This document shows, in pieces, positions 31,862-39,851 of a stretch of DNA of 64,000 nt (positions within the stretch are counted from its first letter, which is position 1; each line of letters opens with the position of its first letter). The stretch spans positions 6,880,001 through 6,944,000 of the forward strand of contig OY759599.1 of NCBI GenBank assembly GCA_963662465.1, given 5' to 3'. The notes below the pieces were generated by a model. That model did not search any database and was not told the origin of the DNA. It was given only the letters and a program-made list of their open reading frames with translations. The stretch is from Desulfatiglandales bacterium (GTDB lineage Bacteria; Desulfobacterota; DSM-4660; Desulfatiglandales; Desulfatiglandaceae). A program made the position numbers and the translations under genes.

Positions 31862-31912
31862 AATATAATGTAAAAGAATGACAGTGTCAAGAGAAATAAT
31901 AACATGTGCAAC
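31862..31912 (-). promoter_or_regulatory. Sigma70-type promoter of operon copy 2
   Basis: TTGACA (31890-31885)-17 bp-TATATT (31867-31862). Confidence 0.65.
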
Positions 31913-32032
31913 TATTATTTTTGACGCTTCTAACGGAAAGAAAAAACGAAGATCAAATGGCGCCGCAAAAACGGATGCCTTCGACGGATGTGATTGCAGG
32001 TCTGGAGCGTTGTTTTTCAGCGATGGAGAGAA

Positions 32033-33091
32033 TCAACAACATTGTTCAGCTGTTTTTTGCCCTTGATTCGGATCTGGAAGTCCTCTCGATGTCGCAAGAA
32101 ACAGGCCTCTGATGAGGGTGTCGTTTCGGAGGGTCAAATTGGATGTGAAGATAACCGAGCGAGCGATCTTCCGCGAGATTTTCACGTCTTTACCGCTCTT
32201 ATAGTTACGCCTTTTGTTTATGTTTCTGAGGGTAAAAACCGCCATGCCGATCGCCCATAGGCAAAATTTCCGTATGCCTGTTTCCTGTCTTGGAATAAGC
32301 AATGTGAAGTTCAATCCTTTCGAGAGATGGCCGCGAGCAATGCTGATCAACTGCGCCAGTCCTTCCCCAAAAGGGTCTTCGTATTTCCCGGAAGACAGTG
32401 ACGCGAGATTGTAGCCCACACCCTCGAAGACGTCCCTGGGCAACCAGCAAACGCCCCGTTGTAGGTCATCCCATAAGTCCTTTAAAATATTGGTCATTTG
32501 CAGGCCCTGACCGAATGAAACCGCCAGCTTCATCATCTTTTCCCGACGCTTCGACATTTCCGCCGAATATCCACAAAAAAGCTCGGTTAACATTTCTCCT
32601 ACAACCCCGGCCACGTGATAACAGTAGCTGTTCAGTTCATGAATGTCCTTCAGCCCGAGGAGAGATTCCCTTTCCTGAAAATGCTGCATTCCTTCCGACA
32701 TAATTCTGGCGCAGCGTCTCAGAGCGGCCCGTTGTGAAGCATTAAATGCGAAATGGGTTTTTACAACCAGTGGAATGTTTAAAATGAGTTGTTTTTCGGC
32801 ATCCGATGTCTGGTGGGACAATAGGGGATGAAGACTTTGAGCAAATCGATTCGGCGACGCTTTTCCTTCCAGTACATCATTGAACTCTCGAAAGAAAATA
32901 CGTTTCTGTTCGAGCGGTATCGTTTCTTCGTCTTCGATGGTGTCTGCGATTCGACATAAAAGATACCCGTTCGTGACCGGCTCCCGAAGACCACCCGGCA
33001 ACTGAGGAATAGTGAGAGCGAAAGAACGTGAGACACCCTGAAGCAACCGTTCGGTGTGGTCGTGCTGTATCAGTTCGCGGTTTTTTTCCAT
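32033..33091 (-). CDS. Squalene/phytoene synthase family protein
   Basis: VSRSFAL, YLLCRIADTIEDE, YCYHVAGVVG, GLQMTNILKDLWDD. Confidence 0.9.
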   Translation of the reverse strand: MEKNRELIQHDHTERLLQGVSRSFALTIPQLPGGLREPVTNGYLLCRIADTIEDEETIPLEQKRIFFREFNDVLEGKASPNRFAQSLHPLLSHQTSDAEKQLILNIPLVVKTHFAFNASQRAALRRCARIMSEGMQHFQERESLLGLKDIHELNSYCYHVAGVVGEMLTELFCGYSAEMSKRREKMMKLAVSFGQGLQMTNILKDLWDDLQRGVCWLPRDVFEGVGYNLASLSSGKYEDPFGEGLAQLISIARGHLSKGLNFTLLIPRQETGIRKFCLWAIGMAVFTLRNINKRRNYKSGKDVKISRKIARSVIFTSNLTLRNDTLIRGLFLATSRGLPDPNQGQKTAEQCC

Positions 33092-33269
33092 AATACAGGC
33101 TCCTGACAGCTTTCTGCCAAATTTAGCTCAACTATCTGAATTGATAAGCGATTTTAATAGACATTATTGAATAGGTTTGCTAGATTGTGCCTGAACGGTA
33201 TCCCATTTTCTATCGATTTGTCAACTGCTTACGACACGTATAGCAATCCGAATTTTTCCAAATTATTTG

Positions 33270-33434
33270 TTAAACAAAAGATGGGCAGTTGGCGCTTGCA
33301 AAACAACAAACAGAGTCCAAAATAGAAACACGAAAAGATCTTCGTCTTGAAAAAAAGCTAAACACGCTCCAGAAAGAGTTAGAGGAATACGACAAAGAGC
33401 TTGACGGCTTTCAGGCAGCCTTAAAAGAAATGCC
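33270..33434 (+). pseudogene. Internal fragment of the IS transposase
   Basis: About 165 bp closely matching 13078-13243, with several SNPs and a 1-bp deletion. Confidence 0.9.
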
Positions 33435-33465
33435 CCTGCCGATATCCCAACCAGTGGGTTGCACG

Positions 33466-33569
33466 CACGGTGAATTTGTTCTAACGCTAATCCATTGATT
33501 TGTTTGAATTGATGTGTCCTTCATAAGGTTTTGATATCAAAGGTTTACAAATAGAACAAATTTGCCCTG
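33466..33569. mobile_element. MITE, 104 bp
   Basis: TIRs CACGGTGAATTTGTTCTA vs (rc) CAGGGCAAATTTGTTCTA (15/18). 10-bp TSD GGGTTGCACG at 33456-33465 and 33570-33579. Confidence 0.8.
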
Positions 33570-33580
33570 GGGTTGCACGC

Positions 33581-33617
33581 TTGACAATTGAGATTTCCAT
33601 GTGTATTGTTCTACACA
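33581..33617 (+). promoter_or_regulatory. vapBC promoter and operator
   Basis: TTGACA-17 bp-TATTGT, overlapped by the inverted repeat TGTGTA-n6-TACACA. Confidence 0.7.
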
Positions 33618-33631
33618 GTAGGAGGTGTATC

Positions 33632-33823
33632 ATGAGAACCAATATTGTATTGGATGATAAACTTATGGAAGAGGCGATGATGTTAAGCGGCGCCACGACA
33701 AAAAAGGAATTAATTTCAGATGCGTTACGGGAGTTCATCATTACCCGCAAGAGACTTAATCTGTTGGATCTCGACGGCAAGATTGAATTCAGGGAAGCCT
33801 ATGATTATAAGGGCCTACGGTAA
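33632..33823 (+). CDS. vapB: VapB-family antitoxin
   Basis: MRTNIVLDDKLMEEAM...TTKKELI...ALRE, RBS AGGAGG. Confidence 0.88.
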   Translation: MRTNIVLDDKLMEEAMMLSGATTKKELISDALREFIITRKRLNLLDLDGKIEFREAYDYKGLR

Positions 33824-33828
33824 GGGCG

Positions 33829-34227
33829 ATGATTCTGGTTGATACGTCGGTTCTGATCGATCTTTTTAAAGGCGTTTCCAATACGCCGGCCAACAGGATG
33901 CGGGAGGTTTTGGCCCATCAGATACCCTTTGGCATTACATCGATTATCTATCAGGAAGTGTTGCAAGGTGCGAAATCGGAGAAAGAATATGCCCTTTTGA
34001 GAGATTATCTTTCCTCTCAGCGTTTTTTCCATCCGCGAGACGCGGTGAAATCATATTCAGAGGCGGCGTTTATCTACTTTTCCTGCCGAAAAAGAGGCAT
34101 TACCGTTCATAGCACTATTGATTGCCTGATTGCCCAAATAGCTCTGGAGCAAAAACTCCTGCTCCTTCACAATGACCGGGATTTTGATGCTATGGCGCCG
34201 ATTGTCGGCTTGCGTTTTTATTCTTGA
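33829..34227 (+). CDS. vapC: VapC PIN-domain toxin
   Basis: MILVDTSVLID, E in QEVLQG, DCLIA, HNDRDF. Confidence 0.92.
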   Translation: MILVDTSVLIDLFKGVSNTPANRMREVLAHQIPFGITSIIYQEVLQGAKSEKEYALLRDYLSSQRFFHPRDAVKSYSEAAFIYFSCRKRGITVHSTIDCLIAQIALEQKLLLLHNDRDFDAMAPIVGLRFYS

Positions 34228-34250
34228 CTGATTTCAGAAGGGAGGAATCC

Positions 34251-34613
34251 ATGAACTGCGAAAGATGTAATGCAAACATTCCAGCAGGTGATGAAATGGT
34301 GTACTTGGGGCAAACCCTGTGTGAAGACTGTTACATGGATGCCCTGTCGCCTGCGCGTACGTGTGATCCTTGGGAGGTATACAGCGCCAAATCCTTTGAA
34401 AAACATGCGGGAAGATCTGTTGTTACCGAGATTCAGGAACGGATTCTTGAAATTTTGAAGGAGACGGGGGGGATAGAACGCCCCATGCTCCTGGAGCGGC
34501 TTAAGGGTGACATAACGGCCTCGGAATTGGATCGGGAGCTGGCGACCTTAAGGCATATGGAGAAAACCCGTGGCGAAAAAAGGGGCGACCGAGTATTTAT
34601 GCGCCTTTGGTAA
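34251..34613 (+). CDS. Small CxxC...CxxC zinc-finger/winged-helix-like hypothetical protein
   Basis: MNCERC...LCEDC...CDPW, RBS GGAGG. Confidence 0.75.
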   Translation: MNCERCNANIPAGDEMVYLGQTLCEDCYMDALSPARTCDPWEVYSAKSFEKHAGRSVVTEIQERILEILKETGGIERPMLLERLKGDITASELDRELATLRHMEKTRGEKRGDRVFMRLW

Positions 34614-34662
34614 AATGGCGGCATCTAAAAGATGATTAAATCCGTGCTGAGGAAACCGGCCT

Positions 34663-36879
34663 TCAGCCGTTTTGATTTACATATTCCACCAGGCCCCGAA
34701 CCACCTTTTCAGCATCTCGTTGGCGCAATTCCTCAAAGCGCAGCGCCCAGGCGTGATCCGTATAGGCCAGGTTTCGCATTTCCAGCATTACCTTGATGTG
34801 GGCAGGGTTGTTTCGCAGTACGCACAGGTTCTGCCCCCGGGTAAATGCCCCGGCGCCCATGGATGAAAGCATGGCAGTCGCGAATTTTTTTGAAACCTGG
34901 TCGACATACCCGCTGTTACGACTTCGGTAATAAATGATCAGGGGCGCTTCGGGGGAACGGTGATCAATGTCCGCATGAAAGGAAAGGAACATGCGTTGTT
35001 TTGGCGGGACGTTTTTAAACGCCTTGCGGGCAATATCCACCCGATGGGAAAGGTTTCCGTTGCGCCCTCCCTTTGGCCAATTGGCCTTTCGGTTGCCTTT
35101 GTTCATTGCGGGACTGTTGTAAACTTCATTTTTTTCATTGACAAATGTTTGCACGGGGGGATCTGAATGGCGAATCAAGTGATTGGGGCTTAACAGGGTC
35201 AGGGTGACGGTTGCGCCGTGAAGGCGCAGCAGTACGTACACGCGCAAGGCGATATCGTATACATATTCATCCTCGACCACGTAGACTTTGTCGCCGTTTC
35301 CATCCATGTTTTCAACCACCGCTCCCGGGTCCATGCCTCCGTGACCGGGGTCCAGCACAATGTGCCAACCTTTCAAAGTATTGCTGAGACGTCCCATTTT
35401 TGAAATCCGCCCATCAAAATCCACTTGAAGCCTCCGGGCTTGCCGGTAGGCTTTCGAAAGGGGCATGGTCGCGCCTTCATAATATCGAGGGTGGCTCTGG
35501 CGGACGGCCCGAGGCCGTTTTCCAAAATATGGCCCGTTGCCGGCCTGAATTTTTTTGAGATCCTTTGAGCTGGGAATCAAGTCGTCCCAATTGATTTCAC
35601 CGGTTTTGAGCGATTCTTTTCCCTTGCCCAGGAGTGGACTGACCTTCAACTGATCTCCGGGATGGATCAGGGACGTGCGCATGTTGTTAGCTTTTTTTAA
35701 TTCCGCCACGCTCATCTGGTGCAGGCGGGCAATGCCGCCTAGATAATCACCCGTTTTGACGGTGTAGGTGTTAAAGGGTTCGGATTGTTTGACGCCCAGC
35801 TGCAATTCCTGCCCGGGATAAATTCGGTCGGAGGTGAGTCCGTTCAGTTTTTTGATGTCCGCAACGGTCAATCCATAGGCCTGGGCCACTTCCCACAATG
35901 CATCCCCACTTTCAACGATATGGACGTGTTGGGGCGCTGTTTTGAGGCGTAATTTTTGTCCGACCACAATTTTGCTGTCTTCAATCCCGTTGATATCCAT
36001 TAACGTGGTCAATGCCATTCGGTATTTCAAGGCGATTAAAGACAGGGTTTCGCCCGAACGAACCACATGTACTGCTTCATCCAGCGACGATGGGCGGAGC
36101 TGCAATGTTTGCCCCGGATGAATCTGGTCCGTTTTGAGGCCGTTCAACTGTCTGAGAAGGCCGAGCCCTACGTCAAACCGCTGTGCGATGATGGACAAAC
36201 TGTCTCCCGCTTTGACCGTATACTCAAATTGTTCTTCAACGGTTTCGTCGTCGTCCGCTTCATCTTCAATGGGTTCAATAAGGTTGAGGTCCATGCCGGG
36301 TGTGACGGTACTGCTTTTCAATCGGTTGAATTTTTTAAGATCATTGACGTCAAGATCATACCGACGGGCAATGCGCCAGAGGGACTCTCCCTTTTGGACC
36401 ACATGACGCGTCGCCGGTTTTTGGGCCTCGTGGGATGCACCGATCTTGAGCCTTTGCCCGGTATAGATCCGGTCCCCGGAAATGTTATTGAGGCTTCGAA
36501 GCGCCGGCACGGAGATGCCTGATTGGGCGGCGATTTCAGAGAGAGTGTCGCCGCTATTGACCCGGTAATGCTGAAAAAGGGATTTGGATTGAATCAGGAG
36601 GCGTTGCCCCTCAAAAATCTTGTCGTTCCGGAGTTTATTCCACTGTTTCAATTGTTTTATTGAGGCTTTATAGTGCAGCGCAATGCTGCCCAGGGTGTCG
36701 CCCCGTTTTACAATGTGAACCGACGATGGGTTTGTTTCTTCGGCGCGGGCGCCACGAGTGTTGCCCCAAAACAGAATGGGTGTTACAATAATCTGAAGGC
36801 AAAAAATAAAGAGAAGGATTTTGATGATCCTTAAAAGGCGAGGATAATGTAAGCCGTGAGGTGAATTCATATCAAGCAT
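34663..36879 (-). CDS. 7xLysM N-acetylmuramoyl-L-alanine amidase (Amidase_3)
   Basis: Seven VxxG(D/E)xL LysM repeats after a TM/signal segment; DPGHGG, E, SFHAD, E zinc motifs. Start uncertain. Confidence 0.88.
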   Translation of the reverse strand: MLDMNSPHGLHYPRLLRIIKILLFIFCLQIIVTPILFWGNTRGARAEETNPSSVHIVKRGDTLGSIALHYKASIKQLKQWNKLRNDKIFEGQRLLIQSKSLFQHYRVNSGDTLSEIAAQSGISVPALRSLNNISGDRIYTGQRLKIGASHEAQKPATRHVVQKGESLWRIARRYDLDVNDLKKFNRLKSSTVTPGMDLNLIEPIEDEADDDETVEEQFEYTVKAGDSLSIIAQRFDVGLGLLRQLNGLKTDQIHPGQTLQLRPSSLDEAVHVVRSGETLSLIALKYRMALTTLMDINGIEDSKIVVGQKLRLKTAPQHVHIVESGDALWEVAQAYGLTVADIKKLNGLTSDRIYPGQELQLGVKQSEPFNTYTVKTGDYLGGIARLHQMSVAELKKANNMRTSLIHPGDQLKVSPLLGKGKESLKTGEINWDDLIPSSKDLKKIQAGNGPYFGKRPRAVRQSHPRYYEGATMPLSKAYRQARRLQVDFDGRISKMGRLSNTLKGWHIVLDPGHGGMDPGAVVENMDGNGDKVYVVEDEYVYDIALRVYVLLRLHGATVTLTLLSPNHLIRHSDPPVQTFVNEKNEVYNSPAMNKGNRKANWPKGGRNGNLSHRVDIARKAFKNVPPKQRMFLSFHADIDHRSPEAPLIIYYRSRNSGYVDQVSKKFATAMLSSMGAGAFTRGQNLCVLRNNPAHIKVMLEMRNLAYTDHAWALRFEELRQRDAEKVVRGLVEYVNQNG

Positions 36880-37051
36880 TATGCCACTTTGAGATCCACA
36901 AGAGAGGTGCATGTGGCAATTGAAGATTCCTAAAAATGAGGGAAAAAAACGCCATGCAATCTCTTTTAGCACGGTAACGGCGTTCTCGGCAATAAAATAC
37001 TGGTTTTCATGGTCAATCGGTTACGAATATCTTTTATTAAGGAGTCGCGTT

Positions 37052-38152
37052 ATGCCATTCAACCTGCCGGAATATTGCCGGCCCGATTTTCGTCAGCCGC
37101 CCTTTACGTCGGCGCCGACGGTTGTTTTTCAACCGGTGGTACAAGCCGGTGTTGCGCCGGAGAACTATCATGGTACATCGATCTATCCTGAATATTTCCA
37201 GATCAGGAAAGGAAAGTGGGTTCTTCTGCAAGAATCGAGGATGGATTGTGTGGTGGTGCTGGTGAAGGATGAGGTCCTTGCCGTGCGTGAATTTCGGCAT
37301 CTCAATCCGGGCGACTTAGTTGCCCGCGGCAGACGGGAAAACGGAGAAGAAGGAATTTTCGTGCATGCGGGCGCCTTTGATTTGACCGAAGACCCTTCGC
37401 GGAAATTTGCCTTTAGAACGCGGATCACCCGGGAAACGTCTTTTTCCATCGACTACGATCAACTCTACGACCTTCTGGCCTACGAACGAAAGAACGGCTT
37501 TATTGTGTGGGTGTTGGGGCCTGCGGTGGTCTTTGACAGGGATGCCCGTGATGCCTTTGCGGCTCTGGTGGAGAAGGGCTATGTGCATGCGGTGCTGGCC
37601 GGAAATGCTCTGGCGACTCACGATCTGGAGGCAGCCTTTTTTTCTACCGCCCTGGGGCAGGATATCTATTCCAAGAAGGGGTTGCCCCTGGGACACTACA
37701 ACCATCTGGATGCCATCAACCGCATCAGGGGCCTTGGATCCATTGAAGCGGCCGTCGGGAAAGGGGTCGTCAAGGATGGCATCATGCGGGCCCTCATCCG
37801 AAAAGGGATTCCCTATGTATTGGCCGGTTCCATCCGCGACGACGGTCCCCTTCCCGAAGTGGCGGGGGATGTCTACGGAGCCCAGGATCGGATGAGGGCC
37901 TACTCCCGGAAGGCCACCACGGTCATTGCCCTTGCAACACAGCTTCATGCCATCGCCGTGGGCAATATGACGCCTGCCTACAAGGTGATGAAGGGTGATG
38001 GGGTACGGCCCGTTTATTTTTTTATCGTGGATATGTCCGAGTTTGCCGCAAGCAAACTGGCCAACCGGGGGTCCCTGTCGGCCCGTTCCATTCTCACCAA
38101 TGTTCAGGATTTTATTGTAACGGTGGAAAGGGGACTGAGGCGGCACAAATAA
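37052..38152 (+). CDS. LOR/SDH-conserved-region, ornithine cyclodeaminase-like protein
   Basis: RMDC, AGNALATHDLE, LAGSIRDDGPLP, LHAIAVGN. Confidence 0.8.
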   Translation: MPFNLPEYCRPDFRQPPFTSAPTVVFQPVVQAGVAPENYHGTSIYPEYFQIRKGKWVLLQESRMDCVVVLVKDEVLAVREFRHLNPGDLVARGRRENGEEGIFVHAGAFDLTEDPSRKFAFRTRITRETSFSIDYDQLYDLLAYERKNGFIVWVLGPAVVFDRDARDAFAALVEKGYVHAVLAGNALATHDLEAAFFSTALGQDIYSKKGLPLGHYNHLDAINRIRGLGSIEAAVGKGVVKDGIMRALIRKGIPYVLAGSIRDDGPLPEVAGDVYGAQDRMRAYSRKATTVIALATQLHAIAVGNMTPAYKVMKGDGVRPVYFFIVDMSEFAASKLANRGSLSARSILTNVQDFIVTVERGLRRHK

Positions 38153-38175
38153 CCGCCACGTTCATGATTGGCATT

Positions 38176-39135
38176 TTACGGCCAGGTTGCCTTGATTTCC
38201 TGAATGATGCCTTCTATTTCCTCAAGTGCGTTTTTTGCTTCATCCTGGGAAACAGGGAGAAAACTCACCCTGTTCCCGGGTTTTAGCTGTCCCAGCCGGT
38301 GAAGATCAGCGGAAATGACGACGGCAATTTTTCGGTATCCCCCCGTGACGGTTTCGCCCAGAATGATAATGGGCTGACCATCACCGGGCGTTTGTATGGC
38401 GCCCGGGACAACCCCTTCTGAAATGATTGATTTTTTAAACCCTTCCTTTGTCCTGAGGGGAGGGCCTGCCAATCTGATGCCCGCACGGTTCGATTGTTCC
38501 GTTACCCTGAAAGCGCTTTCCTGAAATAGCGTCAACGTTTCAAGGGAAAAATGATCGTGGTGGGATCCCATAATGACCTTCACCGAACAATCCGTGGGAT
38601 ATTGGGGGATTGCGTTGGCGGGGAGACTTCGTTTTTCCGTATCCAAATGCAAATGGGGGGCGTTGGAACCGAGAATATCCCCTTTTTGTAAGGGCCTTCC
38701 CGCAATGCCGCCAAATCGACCGCCCAGATTGGTGGATTTGCTTCCGAGTACTGCCTCTGCATTAAAACCGCCGCCAACCGCCAGGTAAGCCCTGCACCCG
38801 CTCTTGGGCCCTTTAAACGATAGGATATCCCCTTTTTTCATGACAATGGACCTCCACATGGGGACCGGCCGGTCATTAATCCGAGGTTGCAGATCCGCCC
38901 CCGTAATGGCAATCGCCACATGGGCATGCGCCTTCATAACAGGTCCCATGATCGTCATTTCGAGGCATGCCTCGTTTTCCGAATTGCCCACCATCAGGTT
39001 CCCCACCCGCAATGAGAATGAATCCACCGCGCCGCTTTGCGCAACCCCGTATTGACCGTAACCGACCCGACCTTGATCCTGCAAGGTGGTCAAGGGACCG
39101 GGTATCATAACCTCCAGGATTTTTACCCCTGCCAA
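38176..39135 (-). CDS. pxpC: 5-oxoprolinase subunit C
   Basis: PGPLTTLQDQGR, GCRAYLAVGGG, TGGY. Confidence 0.88.
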   Translation of the reverse strand: MAGVKILEVMIPGPLTTLQDQGRVGYGQYGVAQSGAVDSFSLRVGNLMVGNSENEACLEMTIMGPVMKAHAHVAIAITGADLQPRINDRPVPMWRSIVMKKGDILSFKGPKSGCRAYLAVGGGFNAEAVLGSKSTNLGGRFGGIAGRPLQKGDILGSNAPHLHLDTEKRSLPANAIPQYPTDCSVKVIMGSHHDHFSLETLTLFQESAFRVTEQSNRAGIRLAGPPLRTKEGFKKSIISEGVVPGAIQTPGDGQPIIILGETVTGGYRKIAVVISADLHRLGQLKPGNRVSFLPVSQDEAKNALEEIEGIIQEIKATWP

Positions 39136-39809
39136 TGGTCTATTTCCTCCTCGGTTGCCCGGTAGAAATGCACCCGGTCTCCCATTTTGAGGAGCGCCGG
39201 GGGATTGTTTGAAGGATCAAAAAGTGAGAGCGGCGTGCGCCCGATGATTTGCCACCCTCCGGGACTGCTGGTGGAATAGATTCCGGTTTGCTCCTGTGCC
39301 AGTCCCACCGAACCCTTCGGCACCAGGGTCCGGGGTGTTTCCTTGCGAGGCGTAACAAGGCCTTTAGGAAGTTCTCCCATATAGGGGAATCCCGGCATGA
39401 AGCCGATCATGTAAACATGGTAGATCGTTTCCGTATGCAGGCGGATGACTTCATCAGAAGAAATGCCGTGATGCTCTGCCACCCATTCCAGGTCCGGTCC
39501 GAATTTTCCCCCGTAAACAACTGGAATTTGAATTTCCGTTGTTTCAGGGATTTCGAACGAATCCATTTTATCCAGGAGGGCATCAACTTTTTTTCGCACC
39601 AATGACGCGTTGGTTTTGAGAGGGTCAAAAACCAACATGAGCGAGCAATACCCGGGTATGATGTCCACAACCTCTTTAAGCGAGGTTTTTTCAATGGTTA
39701 AAAAAAGTTTCCTGACCCTTTGATTGACGTCAATGCGGATAACACCCCCCCATTCCACAAGGAGGGCGCGATCTCCCATTTCCCGATATATGGGATGGTC
39801 GTAGGCCAT
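39123..39809 (-). CDS. pxpB: 5-oxoprolinase subunit B
   Basis: GDRALLV, GPDL, GFMPGFPY, SPGGWQIIGRT. Confidence 0.9.
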   Translation of the reverse strand: MAYDHPIYREMGDRALLVEWGGVIRIDVNQRVRKLFLTIEKTSLKEVVDIIPGYCSLMLVFDPLKTNASLVRKKVDALLDKMDSFEIPETTEIQIPVVYGGKFGPDLEWVAEHHGISSDEVIRLHTETIYHVYMIGFMPGFPYMGELPKGLVTPRKETPRTLVPKGSVGLAQEQTGIYSTSSPGGWQIIGRTPLSLFDPSNNPPALLKMGDRVHFYRATEEEIDHWQG

Positions 39810-39851
39810 CTCTTCCTTAGCTTTCAACTTTCAAGCTCCCAGTCCCGATTA

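Noticed and set aside
24796..33091. Carotenoid/hopanoid cluster (squalene/phytoene synthase near crtI-like genes)
   Set aside because: The flavoproteins sit in a carboxylase operon with its own promoter, copy 1 has no synthase, and no other isoprenoid genes are present. Adjacency looks coincidental.
11181..33434. Composite transposon bounded by the IS and the transposase fragment
   Set aside because: The IS has its own TSD on both sides, and the fragment has no IS end.
34663..36879. Prophage lysin
   Set aside because: Has an N-terminal TM/signal segment and no phage genes nearby.
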